Positions 9,848 to 19,938 are shown, counted from the stretch's first letter. The stretch: 64,000 nt of DNA from Bacillota bacterium (GCA_017889585.1 JAGFZX010000007.1:20634-84633); one strand, 5' to 3'. Notes: generated by a model not told the origin, from the sequence alone. A program made the numbers and translations.

Positions 9848-9899
9848 TTAAATACTGCATAAAAGCACGCCATCTGGCGTGCTTTTATGCAGTATTTAA
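9848..9899. terminator. Perfect 25-bp inverted repeat, bidirectional terminator
   Basis: ttaaatactgcataaaagcacgcca-tc-tggcgtgcttttatgcagtatttaa between the DGC and the convergent remnant. Confidence 0.8.
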
Positions 9900-9902
9900 A
9901 AC

Positions 9903-10052
9903 TTATTGACAACGGTCTGCACTGTGGGCGATTACATTGCTTTGTACAGTAACATTTGGTTGTACTTTATACCAGGCGGCATACATAGTAGGCAATACTA
10001 GTAGGGTCGATATTGTGGCACCGAGCAGTCCCACAGTAATGGCAACTGCCAT
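9903..10052 (-). pseudogene. C-terminal fragment (last TM helix) of an AcrB/RND permease
   Basis: Translates MAVAITVGLLGATISTLLVLPTMYAAWYKVQP..., matching the RND TM12 pattern MAxAIxGGLxxATxLTLxVLPxxY. Confidence 0.7.
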
Positions 10053-10281
10053 TCAAATTTGGGAATATTTTTAAATTATGGCTATGATAATCATTTTAAT
10101 GACTGAATTCAATCAAATTATAATTTTAAGTACAGTTTAAAGTCAAAATTATTTCAAATTTCTCCATCTCAACATTAGCTGTGCTTATATAATATTAGGA
10201 AATTTAAATTTACTTATTAGTGACAATGTGTTATAATCCAATACGCAAATCGCGGGTAGCACAGATGAGGGGGGAGTAGGA

Positions 10282-11070
10282 GTGTTTACATTACTCGATT
10301 TAGTACAACCAGAGACCATTGATGACGCATACAAAATATTGATGGCTAAAAAAAATAATACTGTCCTCGGTGGCTGTGCTTTTTTAAGGCTCAGTTCGAG
10401 TAGAATAGGTACTGGTGTAGAACTATCCAAACTGAATTTAAATTACATAGCAGAAGAACAGGATTACATAGAAATAGGTGCGATGACCACCTTTAGAGAT
10501 ATTGAAACAAATGCTATCTTGCAAGAGTATTTTAATGGAATACTTCCGCAAGCCGTAAGTCATATCATCGGCGTTCAGTTTCGCAATGTAGTGACTGTAG
10601 GGGCTTCTGTTTATGCAAAATATGGATTTTCCGACTTAATCACTGCTTTACTGGCCTTAGATACTGAAGTCCAATTATATAAAGGTGGCAGAATGCCATT
10701 GGTGGAATTCTTAGAACGGCCTTACGAGAAAGATCTGCTCACTAAAATCTTTATTAGAAAAAATCAAAGGCGTGCCAGTTATCACAATTTACGCAGCTCA
10801 GCAAGTGATTTTCCCATCATAAATGTTGCTGTGTCAAAGTTAGAAACAGAGTGGCTTATTGTGGCAGGGGCGATGCCATCTCGCGCAAAAATAGCCCCTA
10901 AGGCCTCAGCAGAGCTATCTAAAGAAAATATAGATATTGAGAGAATCGCGGCTTTAGCAGTAGAAGAGTTAGTCTTTGGGACCAATGCCCGGGCTACAGC
11001 AGAATATCGCAAAGCTATTTGTAAAGTACTCATAGCAAGAGGGATTAGGGAGGTGTTACAGTGCAAATAG
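10282..11070 (+). CDS. Xanthine dehydrogenase family FAD-binding subunit
   Basis: LGGCAFLRL, IEIGAMTTFR, QFRNVVTVGAS, SDL, ATAEYRK. Confidence 0.9.
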   Translation: MFTLLDLVQPETIDDAYKILMAKKNNTVLGGCAFLRLSSSRIGTGVELSKLNLNYIAEEQDYIEIGAMTTFRDIETNAILQEYFNGILPQAVSHIIGVQFRNVVTVGASVYAKYGFSDLITALLALDTEVQLYKGGRMPLVEFLERPYEKDLLTKIFIRKNQRRASYHNLRSSASDFPIINVAVSKLETEWLIVAGAMPSRAKIAPKASAELSKENIDIERIAALAVEELVFGTNARATAEYRKAICKVLIARGIREVLQCK

Positions 11071-11516
11071 AAGTTATTCTCAATGATAAACCAGTGGTGC
11101 TACACGCCGAAATGGATGAATTCTTGGCTGATACCTTACGAAAACATGGCATGCTCAGTATCAGAAAAGGGTGCAACACATCTTGTTGTGGTCTGTGCAC
11201 TGTATGGTTAGACGGTAAACCGACTCTCTCTTGCAACGTTCTTTCGATAAGAGCCAATGGTAGAAAGATTACGACCATTGAAGGCGCTGCTAAGGAAGCT
11301 GAAGCTTTTGCGGAGGTATTGGTCGCAGAAGGTGCTGAACAATGTGGTTTTTGTAGCCCAGGTTTCATTATGACAGTTATTGCGATGAAACATGAACTCG
11401 TAAATCCGACAGAAGCAGAAATCATTCATTATTTAACAGGAAATTTATGCAGATGTACAGGTTATATGGGACAACTCAGGGCAGTGAAAACTTACTTGGA
11501 GGCAAACATAATATGA
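11061..11516 (+). CDS. Xanthine dehydrogenase family [2Fe-2S] subunit
   Basis: KGCNTSCCGLCTV..SC; QCGFCSPG; NLCRCTGY. Confidence 0.93.
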   Translation: MQIEVILNDKPVVLHAEMDEFLADTLRKHGMLSIRKGCNTSCCGLCTVWLDGKPTLSCNVLSIRANGRKITTIEGAAKEAEAFAEVLVAEGAEQCGFCSPGFIMTVIAMKHELVNPTEAEIIHYLTGNLCRCTGYMGQLRAVKTYLEANII

Positions 11517-13792
11517 AGATTGTTGGTACAGGTATTGGCAAGATTGATGGTATGTCTATTTCCACAGGTAAGCCTGTTTACACCGATGATTTAGTGATGC
11601 CCAATACATTAGTAGTAAAGCTACTCCGGAGTCCCCACGCTTTTGCCAAAATAACAGTAATCGACGTTACAAAGGCGGAGAAAATCCCTGGTGTTGAATG
11701 TGTTCTTACATATAAGGATGTTCCAAATGTACGATTTACAGTCGCTGGTCAGTCCTATCCTGAGCCTTCCCCTTACGATCGTTTGATATTAGATCAAATT
11801 GTCAGGTATGTGGGTGACGAAGTTGCCATTATTGCAGCTGTGGATGAAAAAACAGCGGTAAAAGCGATGAAGCTCATTAAGGTGGAGTATGAAGTCTTTG
11901 AGCCGGTTTTAGATTTTGAAACAGCTCAAGGACATGCATCTATCGTCCATCCTGAGGATGACCTTCATTGTAATTTTGATATTGGCACGAGTAAGGAAAA
12001 AAATATTGTTTCCTCCCAAAAGGTGGAATTCGGGGATATAGAGGAAGAACTGCAAAAATGTGACGTGGTGGTTGAGGAAACTTATTATACTCAGGCTCAG
12101 GCCCATTGTATGATGGAAACCTATCGTGCTTTTAACTATTTGGACCATATGGGCCGCTTAGTAGTGGTGAGTTCCACCCAGATCCCCTTTCATGTCAGAA
12201 GAAAGTTAGCCAGAGCCTTAGAAATGCCTGCCAGTAAAATACGGGTCATTAAACCGAGAATTGGTGGCGGTTTTGGCGGTAAACAGACGGTTGTTGTAGA
12301 AATATTTACAGCTATTGTGACCTTGAAGACTGGCAAACCAGCAAAACTTATCTATGATCGTGAGGAAACTTTCACCTGTACAAATAGTCGTCATGCTATG
12401 CGGTTAACTGTTCGAGTAGGCGCTGATACAGAGGGTTATATTCGAGCTGTGGATATACAAGGTTTATCAGATACAGGGGCCTATGGTGAGCATGCTTCTA
12501 CTGTGTTTATGGTAGTAGGACAAAAAACTCTGCCTTTATATAATAAAACAAAAGCTGTCAGGTTTATAGGAAATGTGGTCTATACCAACAAAATGCCAGG
12601 TGGCGCTTTTAGAGGTTATGGCGCAACTCAGGGAACCTTTGCTTTAGAAGCAGCAGTCAATCAGTTAGCGGAACAATTAAACATGGATCCAGCTGAGCTG
12701 AGATTGAAGAATTTAATCAAACAAGGTGAGACCAGCCTGGCATATGATGGTAAGCTATTGGGCAGTTCAACCTTGCATCGTTGTATCGAAACAGGAAAAG
12801 AGTTAATCGGCTGGGATGAAAAGTATCCAAAAGTGGTCAATGGCAGGAAAGTAAGAGCAGTTGGGATGGCAGTCACCATGCAGGGATCAGGGATTGCGGG
12901 TATTGATACAGCATCTGCTGAAGTACGATTAAACGATGATGGAAATTATACCTTACTAATAGGTTCGACAGACATGGGAACAGGTAGTGATACCATACTG
13001 ACCCAAATGGCTGCTGAAATTTTAGAAACGACGATGGACAACATTATCGTGAATGCTGCTGATACAGATGTTTCTCCTTATGATCCTGGTTCTTATGCTT
13101 CCAGCACAACCTATGTAACGGGCATGGCGGTGGTAAAAGCCGCTGAAGAACTAAAACAGAAGATTGTGGAGCATGGTGCCAAATTACTAGAAGTATTGCC
13201 AGAAGATATTGAATTTGACGGTCAAGTGGTTAGTACACTTACTGGTGAGAAAGAGCTGAGCTTGGCAAAACTAGCTGAACTTATGGTGTTAGGGGCGGGG
13301 AATTTACAGCTCGTTGGTCATGGTACTTATGGCAGTCCAGTATCACCGCCACCCTTTATTGCGGGTTTTGCTGAGGTTGAGGTAGATACAGAAACGGGAA
13401 AAATAGAGTTAATTGATTATGTAGCTGTCGTTGACTGCGGAACAGTTGTCAATCCTAATTTGGCGAGAATTCAGGTTGAAGGTGGTATTGTTCAAGGAAT
13501 AGGTCTGGCTTTGTATGAAGATGTACGATTTGGAGAAAAAGGTCAGTTGCAGACCAATAACTTTATGCAGTATAAGATTCCCTGCCGAAAAGATATTGGA
13601 GTAGTGCGAGTGGCTTTTGAGGAAAGTTTTGAGCCTACAGGTCCATTTGGTGCAAAATCGCTGGGCGAGGTTGTTGTCAATACGCCAGCACCAGCAATTG
13701 TCCATGCAGTTTATAATGCGGTAGGAGTTAGAATAAATAGTTTGCCTATCACTTCAGAAAAAGTCTTTATGGGAATGGAGAAAAATAAGTAA
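11513..13792 (+). CDS. Xanthine dehydrogenase family molybdopterin-binding subunit (start reassigned to the ATGA overlap at 11513)
   Basis: LRSPHAFA, STQIPF, GGGFGGK, AFRGYG, DMGTGS, GPFGAKSLGE; RBS ggagg. Confidence 0.93.
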   Translation: MKIVGTGIGKIDGMSISTGKPVYTDDLVMPNTLVVKLLRSPHAFAKITVIDVTKAEKIPGVECVLTYKDVPNVRFTVAGQSYPEPSPYDRLILDQIVRYVGDEVAIIAAVDEKTAVKAMKLIKVEYEVFEPVLDFETAQGHASIVHPEDDLHCNFDIGTSKEKNIVSSQKVEFGDIEEELQKCDVVVEETYYTQAQAHCMMETYRAFNYLDHMGRLVVVSSTQIPFHVRRKLARALEMPASKIRVIKPRIGGGFGGKQTVVVEIFTAIVTLKTGKPAKLIYDREETFTCTNSRHAMRLTVRVGADTEGYIRAVDIQGLSDTGAYGEHASTVFMVVGQKTLPLYNKTKAVRFIGNVVYTNKMPGGAFRGYGATQGTFALEAAVNQLAEQLNMDPAELRLKNLIKQGETSLAYDGKLLGSSTLHRCIETGKELIGWDEKYPKVVNGRKVRAVGMAVTMQGSGIAGIDTASAEVRLNDDGNYTLLIGSTDMGTGSDTILTQMAAEILETTMDNIIVNAADTDVSPYDPGSYASSTTYVTGMAVVKAAEELKQKIVEHGAKLLEVLPEDIEFDGQVVSTLTGEKELSLAKLAELMVLGAGNLQLVGHGTYGSPVSPPPFIAGFAEVEVDTETGKIELIDYVAVVDCGTVVNPNLARIQVEGGIVQGIGLALYEDVRFGEKGQLQTNNFMQYKIPCRKDIGVVRVAFEESFEPTGPFGAKSLGEVVVNTPAPAIVHAVYNAVGVRINSLPITSEKVFMGMEKNK

Positions 13793-13809
13793 TAAGAGGA
13801 GGAGAAAAA

Positions 13810-15144
13810 ATGAAACACGACAATTCGATTCACCCTGTTGATGAAATGTTGCCTTTGGGGAAATTGTTTACTTATGGTTTACAGCATGTTCTGGCTATGT
13901 ATGCTGGTGCTGTGGCGGTCCCGTTGATTCTCGCCAATGCCTTAGGGTTATCCCAAGAGCAACTAATCTACTTAATCAATGCAGATTTGCTGACTTGTGG
14001 TATTGCCACCATTATTCAGACTGTTGGTTTCTGGAACATGGGTATTCGTATTCCTATCATTCAAGGGGTAACCTTTGCGGCTGTTACGCCAATGATCATT
14101 ATTGGTAAGGCTCATGGTTTACAAGGTATTTATGGATCAATTATTGTAGCTGGTATTGTTACTTATTTAATGAGTCCTTATTTTAGTCGTTTATTACGGT
14201 TTTTCCCGCCGGTTGTGACTGGTAGTATTATTACCCTCATTGGTGTGACTCTCATGCCTGTAGCAGTACGATGGGCAGCTGGCGGTAATCCGGCAGCCAA
14301 AGACTTTGCGGCAGCTCCTTATATTGGCTTGGCTTTGGTGACATTGATGTTAGTGTTATTCTTCTATCGTTATTTCACAGGTTTTTTAAGTAATATTGCC
14401 GTTCTGTTAGGATTAATTAGTGGTACGCTGATTGCCATTCCTTTAGGTTTAGTGAAGTTTTCTCAAGTTGCAAATGCTAATTGGTTTGGTATTACTACCC
14501 CATTTTATTTTGGTCTGCCCACCTTTGATGCTGCGTCCATAGCAGCCATGGTCATTGTTATGTTGGTGGTTATGACGGAAACAACTGGCGATTGTATCGC
14601 TGTTGGTGAGATTGTGGACAAAGAGGTTACTGCCAATGACTTGTCTCGATGCCTGAGAGCTGATGGCTTTTCCACTATGTTGGGTGGTATTTTAAATAGT
14701 TTTCCTTATACTGCTTTTGCCCAAAATGTTGGTCTTGTTGGTTTGACGAAGGTGAAGAGTCGCTTTGTCGTGGCTGCTGCGGGCGTGATTCTAGTTGTTC
14801 TTGGTCTATTTCCTAAATTCGCTGCGGTTATTTCCGCCATCCCTGTGCCTGTTCTAGGCGGTGCGGGTATTGCCATGTTTGGTATGGTGGCAGCCAGTGG
14901 TATTAAAACTCTATCTAAAGTGGAGTTTGATGGCACTCATAATATTATGGTCGTGGCTGTGAGTATGGGTATCGGGATGATTACCTTGGCTGTCCCTAAT
15001 TTTTATCAAAACTTCCCTGATTGGGCTAAGGTTATCCTGCATAGTGGTATCACTGCTGGTAGTATAACAGCAATTGTTTTAAATGTTGTTTTAAATGGGA
15101 ATGGCCACGAGAAGAGTTCACAAGTGGCAAATCATAAGGCTTAA
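13810..15144 (+). CDS. NCS2 nucleobase:cation symporter (xanthine/uric acid permease, PbuX/UacT-like)
   Basis: GLQHVLAMYAGAVAVP, FPPVVTG, NAT signature AQNVGLVGLTKVKSR. Confidence 0.93.
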   Translation: MKHDNSIHPVDEMLPLGKLFTYGLQHVLAMYAGAVAVPLILANALGLSQEQLIYLINADLLTCGIATIIQTVGFWNMGIRIPIIQGVTFAAVTPMIIIGKAHGLQGIYGSIIVAGIVTYLMSPYFSRLLRFFPPVVTGSIITLIGVTLMPVAVRWAAGGNPAAKDFAAAPYIGLALVTLMLVLFFYRYFTGFLSNIAVLLGLISGTLIAIPLGLVKFSQVANANWFGITTPFYFGLPTFDAASIAAMVIVMLVVMTETTGDCIAVGEIVDKEVTANDLSRCLRADGFSTMLGGILNSFPYTAFAQNVGLVGLTKVKSRFVVAAAGVILVVLGLFPKFAAVISAIPVPVLGGAGIAMFGMVAASGIKTLSKVEFDGTHNIMVVAVSMGIGMITLAVPNFYQNFPDWAKVILHSGITAGSITAIVLNVVLNGNGHEKSSQVANHKA

Positions 15145-15166
15145 TTAAATAAAGTTTTATAAGTTA

Positions 15167-15206
15167 CTCCGCCCTTTGCTTTTTCAAGCAGGGCGGAGCT
15201 TTTTTT
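15167..15206 (+). terminator. Rho-independent terminator of the xdh-permease operon
   Basis: ctccgccc...gggcggag followed by a T run. Confidence 0.8.
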
Positions 15207-15209
15207 AAG

Positions 15210-15371
15210 ACTACAAACAGATGCTATAGGAAGCCAGTTACTCTAGAGGAATGTATAGAGGAAATTAATAGGTGCTCAGGAACACAATTTGATCCGAGTG
15301 TTTGTGAGTTGTTTATTGAATTTTTAAAAGATCGGTTTGGCTTTATGGTTGAAGAGATTAGCTTTTGTTAA
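15210..15371 (+). pseudogene. C-terminal fragment of an HD-GYP c-di-GMP phosphodiesterase
   Basis: TTNRCYRKPVTLEECIEEINRCSGTQFDPSVCELFIEFL...; no start codon or 5' part. Confidence 0.75.
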
Positions 15372-15443
15372 GACTTTTCATGAAAGTTTTGAGGGGAAAT
15401 CCAATAAAATAAATTCTAGCATTTTTTCAGTAATATTTGTAAA

Positions 15444-15473
15444 GAATACTTTGTGCCAAATTGATAAATAGTA
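15444..15473 (+). promoter_or_regulatory. SigG-like forespore promoter of the SASP gene
   Basis: GAATA-N18-AATAGTA resembles the SigG consensus GHATA-N18-CATACTA. Confidence 0.5.
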
Positions 15474-15515
15474 TACTTAAGTTCTTATAAATAAAAAATG
15501 CTGGAGGTGGTTTTT

Positions 15516-15707
15516 ATGGGTAAGGTTATGTCTGAAAAAATGAAATATGAACTAGCTCATGATTTAGGCTTCGGCGAGAAGGTAGAAGATGGAGATTGGA
15601 GCGATGTTACCACAGGTGAAGTAGGCTCGATGGTACGAGAAGCGATCAGACGCGGTGAAGAAGCGATGGCAAAGGAGAATGGTCAGGCACACCAACACGC
15701 TAAATAA
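15516..15707 (+). CDS. Small acid-soluble spore protein, alpha/beta type (SspF-like)
   Basis: MSEKMKYELAHDLGF...WSDVTTGEVGSMVREAIRRGE; RBS ggaggtgg before ATG 15516. Confidence 0.85.
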   Translation: MGKVMSEKMKYELAHDLGFGEKVEDGDWSDVTTGEVGSMVREAIRRGEEAMAKENGQAHQHAK

Positions 15708-15750
15708 TAAAGAAAATATTTTTAAAAAATACTAGCAGTGACACATTTAA

Positions 15751-15803
15751 GAAAAAGGCATCTGAGAACCAGTAAATGTACTGGCTTTTCAAATGCCTTT
15801 TTC
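15751..15803. terminator. Bidirectional terminator between SASP and MCP
   Basis: gaaaaaggcat...ccagt/actgg...atgcctttttc. Confidence 0.7.
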
Positions 15804-15821
15804 GATCTTTCTCATTTTGTA

Positions 15822-17855
15822 CTAAACATGAAACTGGCTAACAGCTTCTTGGAGATCCTGGGCAAGGGTGGCGAGACTCTGACTAGAGGAGGCGATTTCT
15901 TCCATAGACGCAGATTGCTCTTCTGTGGCTGCAGATACTGTTTGCGATTTCCCTGCTGCATTTTTACTGAGTCTGTCGATTTCCTGCACAGATGATACAA
16001 TTAGCTGACTGCCACTTGCCATCTGCTGAATTGCAGCGGAAATCTCCTTTATTTGATTAGATACTTCTGTGACTAGAATGGCTATTTCCCCAAATGCATG
16101 GCCTGCGACAGTTACAGCCCCTGTTCCAACCTTAACCTCGCGCGTACCTTCATCCATAGCTATGACAGCTTTATCGGTGTCTTCTTGAATTTCACTGATT
16201 AACATAGCTATTTGTTTTGCCGCATCTTGTGACTGTTCCGCAAGTTTACGGACTTCTTCCGCTACTACAGCAAAACCACGTCCTTGTTCTCCGGCTCTTG
16301 CGGCTTCAATGGCAGCGTTGAGCGCTAATAGGTTTGTTTGCCCAGCAATTCCTGAGATCGTATCTACTATCTGTCCAATTTCCTTGGAACGATCGCCGAG
16401 CTTGGCAACTACTTGTGCAGAGTGATTGACTGTCTGTTCAATCTGGATCATTTGGCTGATCGCCTTATCTATAGACTTGCCACCTTCTTTTGCCGTTTCA
16501 GCAGCTTGCGTAGATTTTCCAGCTACGAGATTGGTATTGGCGGCTGTTTGCTGGATACTTGCTGATATTTGCTCTACGACTGCTGAGGTCTCATTGACGG
16601 CACTAACCTGTTTTTCCGCACCATTTGCCACTTCACTAATCGAGACTGCTACTTGATTTGCCGCCTGGGCTGATTGCTCGGCACTAGCAGTCAGTTCTTC
16701 ACTCGAAGCAGCCAATTGTTCTGATTGAGAGTGTACCTTTGCGATAAGTTGGCGCAAATTTGTTCTCATTTCTCGGAACCCATTCGCCAATTGGCCGATT
16801 TCATCTTCGGAAGAAATCTTTGTCTCCCGCTCTCGTAGATCGCCTTGTGCCAAGAGCAGGCATTCATCTCTAATGAGAACAATAGGTTTGGCGAACATTT
16901 TGGCTATGAATACGATAGATACTGCAGCGATGATTAGACATATTACCGACAAGATAAGCATTGTTCGTGCCAGAGCATCAGTTTCACGGGTAGCTTCGGC
17001 TGCAGGCGCTGCCACTGTCATGACCAAGCGTTGGTCACCTGGTAATTCGATGGGGGTAAAGACGGCAATTCTCTGTATGCCATCAGCAAAGGTGTATAAC
17101 CCTTGCACTTGTTTGCCGGATTCAGCTGCAGACTTGAATAGATTAAGTAAGCTATCCTCAAGTTCTGTTTTCTGCATCTTAAGTTCAGGATTAATTTTCT
17201 TCTCGCGAAGGTTCAGTTTGCCGATAAGTTCAGGGGTCTTAGGGTGGGCGATGATCATCCCCCCCTCATCGGCAATCTGACCATAGCCAGTGTCTAGAAA
17301 CTTCAGATCACTAATCATAGCGGTCAGCCTCTCAACGGCAAACGTTCCCACCAGGACTCCGTTCAACTGTCCGTTGTTGATAACTGGTACAGCTAAAACA
17401 ATAGCAAGTTTGCCGGTTGCTTTAGAAAGCAGCGGATCTGAGACAACGGGTTTCTTTGTTGCAATCACTTTCTTGAAATAGTCCCGATCGCCGTATTGAG
17501 CTGTCGTTCCAGTATTGGTGATTCCTGAGCCATCAGTTGAAGTAAAAACGATAACATCAAAAGTACCAAGCCTTTTTTGAGCTTCTGCCATAGCTTCAAC
17601 AATCTGAACCTTGTTGTCACCTGTGCGGATGCGTTGGATACTAGCCAAGCTTTCCAAATGGGATATCATAAGATTGATATCTCCCTGCACGCGATTGCTA
17701 TAATCAGTTCCCACCGCCATGGCTGTTTGATCAATACTTTTTGCCAAAGATTGCTGTGAGAGATAATAGCTGGCCCCAGATAACACGCCTAATATGACGA
17801 GAATAAGTGGCAACAAAATGATGAGTAAACGGTTTTGGATGTTTTTGACGTTCAT
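15822..17855 (-). CDS. Methyl-accepting chemotaxis protein (dCache-HAMP-MA)
   Basis: [38 protein letters not shown]; start moved to ATG 17855 behind RBS aaggag. Confidence 0.95.
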   Translation of the reverse strand: MNVKNIQNRLLIILLPLILVILGVLSGASYYLSQQSLAKSIDQTAMAVGTDYSNRVQGDINLMISHLESLASIQRIRTGDNKVQIVEAMAEAQKRLGTFDVIVFTSTDGSGITNTGTTAQYGDRDYFKKVIATKKPVVSDPLLSKATGKLAIVLAVPVINNGQLNGVLVGTFAVERLTAMISDLKFLDTGYGQIADEGGMIIAHPKTPELIGKLNLREKKINPELKMQKTELEDSLLNLFKSAAESGKQVQGLYTFADGIQRIAVFTPIELPGDQRLVMTVAAPAAEATRETDALARTMLILSVICLIIAAVSIVFIAKMFAKPIVLIRDECLLLAQGDLRERETKISSEDEIGQLANGFREMRTNLRQLIAKVHSQSEQLAASSEELTASAEQSAQAANQVAVSISEVANGAEKQVSAVNETSAVVEQISASIQQTAANTNLVAGKSTQAAETAKEGGKSIDKAISQMIQIEQTVNHSAQVVAKLGDRSKEIGQIVDTISGIAGQTNLLALNAAIEAARAGEQGRGFAVVAEEVRKLAEQSQDAAKQIAMLISEIQEDTDKAVIAMDEGTREVKVGTGAVTVAGHAFGEIAILVTEVSNQIKEISAAIQQMASGSQLIVSSVQEIDRLSKNAAGKSQTVSAATEEQSASMEEIASSSQSLATLAQDLQEAVSQFHV

Positions 17856-17915
17856 TTTTATAGACTCCTTTAATAAATATATAAATATTCTTAAATATTT
17901 CATCCTCTTTAGAAC

Positions 17916-17952
17916 AAAAAAGTAGCACCTATAATATTAATAGTTGCTACTA
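17916..17952 (-). terminator. Expression-platform terminator of the c-di-GMP riboswitch
   Basis: Minus strand agtagcaactat-taatatt-ataggtgctact followed by a U run. Confidence 0.75.
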
Positions 17953-17969
17953 ATTATTCATGATTGAGT

Positions 17970-18050
17970 CGCAACTTGGCAATCGTAGGTTTGTGTACCC
18001 CTTAGACCCATAGCTTTGCGTCCCTACCTTTCGATAGGTTTGCCATTTTA
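17970..18050 (-). ncRNA. c-di-GMP-I (GEMM) riboswitch upstream of the MCP
   Basis: Minus strand GGCAAACctatcGAAAggtagGGACGCAAAGCtatgGGTCTAAG...TACGATtGCCAAGTTGC, the canonical GEMM core. Confidence 0.92.
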
Positions 18051-18386
18051 TATTATATTGACCATTATTTTACACCATTTTACACTATACGACATAGAAT
18101 GTCAATTGAAAGATAGGGTTTTGAGACTACAATATTTAGCTATGCTTTCAGGTGGATTAGTAGCTGTTTATTATAGTTTACGTATAACAGCACTAATATT
18201 TGGAATAATGACTTTCATAGCAATTGACTTTGGAGTAGCACTTGGACCAGCAGTGGGCGATTCAATGATTATATAGGAATTTATGCTTCTTATTAGGGAG
18301 CAGTATTGATTTTTATAAGCAGGAATAATATAGTTAATTGTCGAAAGTTCATTAGTCATTTTAATTAGTAAGCGGAGGAATACTAA

Positions 18387-18905
18387 GTGATAAATTACAA
18401 TAATGGAAATAAGGGAAATATTGTTGAACCGCCAAAGTCAAGATATTCATTAACCTATGGTGCAGAAAAGACCAGTCATTTAGGCCTAGATGATATTTAC
18501 CTAGAAATCGAAGAACGTATATTTGAGGCTATTAAAGTAGGTGAACCCTTTATCTTTGAGGGATCAAATGAGCGGGGGAACCTTTATTATATCATTGAGC
18601 GCAGAGAAGCAGACTATCTCCTGAGCGTGAAAGAAATTACCGAGGATACAGCTGATTTAATCAAAAGAACGTTAGAAAGTGTCAAGAAATTAGGAAAAGA
18701 AAATATGGAAGAAATCATGGAACTCATGATGTTCGAAGATATAGATATTGATATTACAAAAACAATGACCCTGCCCATTGAAGTAAGCTATGAAATTTTA
18801 ATTGAAAAACTTCAAGAACTTAGAGAAGATGCTAATGAAATTCTTATAGATAATTTGAAGCGTCTTCAAGAAATTGTAAGAGAATATGAAGAAGATGCTT
18901 TCTGA
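18387..18905 (+). CDS. Hypothetical acidic protein
   Basis: 172-aa ORF with RBS ggagg and GTG start; no family recognised. Confidence 0.7.
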   Translation: MINYNNGNKGNIVEPPKSRYSLTYGAEKTSHLGLDDIYLEIEERIFEAIKVGEPFIFEGSNERGNLYYIIERREADYLLSVKEITEDTADLIKRTLESVKKLGKENMEEIMELMMFEDIDIDITKTMTLPIEVSYEILIEKLQELREDANEILIDNLKRLQEIVREYEEDAF

Positions 18906-18989
18906 TCATGGAAGTAAGGTATAGATTGGTAAACTGGTGGATAAAGAGGTATACATGGAGTATGCCTCTTTATCTGCTGTAGAAGGAGA

Positions 18990-19931
18990 GTGTTAAATTT
19001 GCTCCGCTATATGTTAAAACGTTTTGTTAGTTCTTTAGTTGTTTTGTTGGCTATTATCACAATTACGTTCCTACTTATGCATGCCATTCCAGGTGGCCCC
19101 TTTAGTAGCGAAAAAAAAATTTCTCCAGCTATCATGAAAAATATTGAAGAACACTATCGTCTCAATGATCCTTTGTGGAAACAGTATGTGGACTATATGG
19201 CTAATTTAGCCCAATTTGATTTAGGGCCATCCTTTAAATATGAAGGTCGCAAAGTCAATGATATTATTCGTGAAAGCTTTCCGGTATCGCTAGAACTGGG
19301 GTTGGTTAGTATTAGCTTTGCTATTTTAATCGGAATTCCTGCTGGAGCTTTGGCAGCCCTAAGGCAGAATAAATGGCAAGACTATATCACAATGCTGTTT
19401 GCAACAATTGGTGTGTCAGTACCGAGTTTTGTCTTGGCCACACTACTCATCTATGTATTTGCCATTAAGCTCTCATTACTTCCAGCCGCTATGTGGGGTG
19501 ATGCGGAGTATGTAGTGTTGCCAGCCTTGGCTTTAGCTAGTCATCCTACAGCCTTTATTGCTCGTCTGACACGTTCTAGTATGCTAGAAATATTGGCTCA
19601 GGATTATATTAAGACAGCGCGGGCAAAAGGACTGTCACAAATCGTTATCCTATATCGCCATGCCTTAAGAAATGCCTTGATTCCAGTGGTTACTTATATT
19701 GGCCCTATGGCCGCAGGCATCTTGACTGGAAGTTTTATTATTGAAAGTATTTTTGCCATTCCAGGCCTTGGGCGACATTTTGTAACAAGTATTTACAATC
19801 GTGACTATACAGTGATTCTTGGCGTGACTGTATTTTATAGCTTACTGGTCATTAGCTTAAATTTAGTAGTGGATCTTATTTATCCCCAGCTTGATCCCCG
19901 TATAAAACTAAATGAAAAAGAAGGGGGTTAA
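18990..19931 (+). CDS. oppB: Oligopeptide ABC transporter permease
   Basis: PGGPF, DLGPSF, QDYIKTARAKGL..HALRNALIP. Confidence 0.92.
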   Translation: MLNLLRYMLKRFVSSLVVLLAIITITFLLMHAIPGGPFSSEKKISPAIMKNIEEHYRLNDPLWKQYVDYMANLAQFDLGPSFKYEGRKVNDIIRESFPVSLELGLVSISFAILIGIPAGALAALRQNKWQDYITMLFATIGVSVPSFVLATLLIYVFAIKLSLLPAAMWGDAEYVVLPALALASHPTAFIARLTRSSMLEILAQDYIKTARAKGLSQIVILYRHALRNALIPVVTYIGPMAAGILTGSFIIESIFAIPGLGRHFVTSIYNRDYTVILGVTVFYSLLVISLNLVVDLIYPQLDPRIKLNEKEGG

Positions 19932-19938
19932 GAGTAGC

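Noticed and set aside
10150-10281. Purine/xanthine riboswitch upstream of xdh
   Set aside because: TATAAT is present but the ATATGG, GTTTCTACC and CCGTAAA core elements are absent
11447-11512. Long N-terminal starts given by the ORF track (11447, 17903, 44747, 50914, 61020)
   Set aside because: They overlap upstream genes or lack an RBS; downstream starts with a clear RBS were used
18016-18276. 86-aa ORF; its 3' half (FGVALGPAVG) faintly resembles an MFS helix
   Set aside because: The 5' part is antisense to the riboswitch and there is no RBS; the MFS resemblance is too weak without BLASTX
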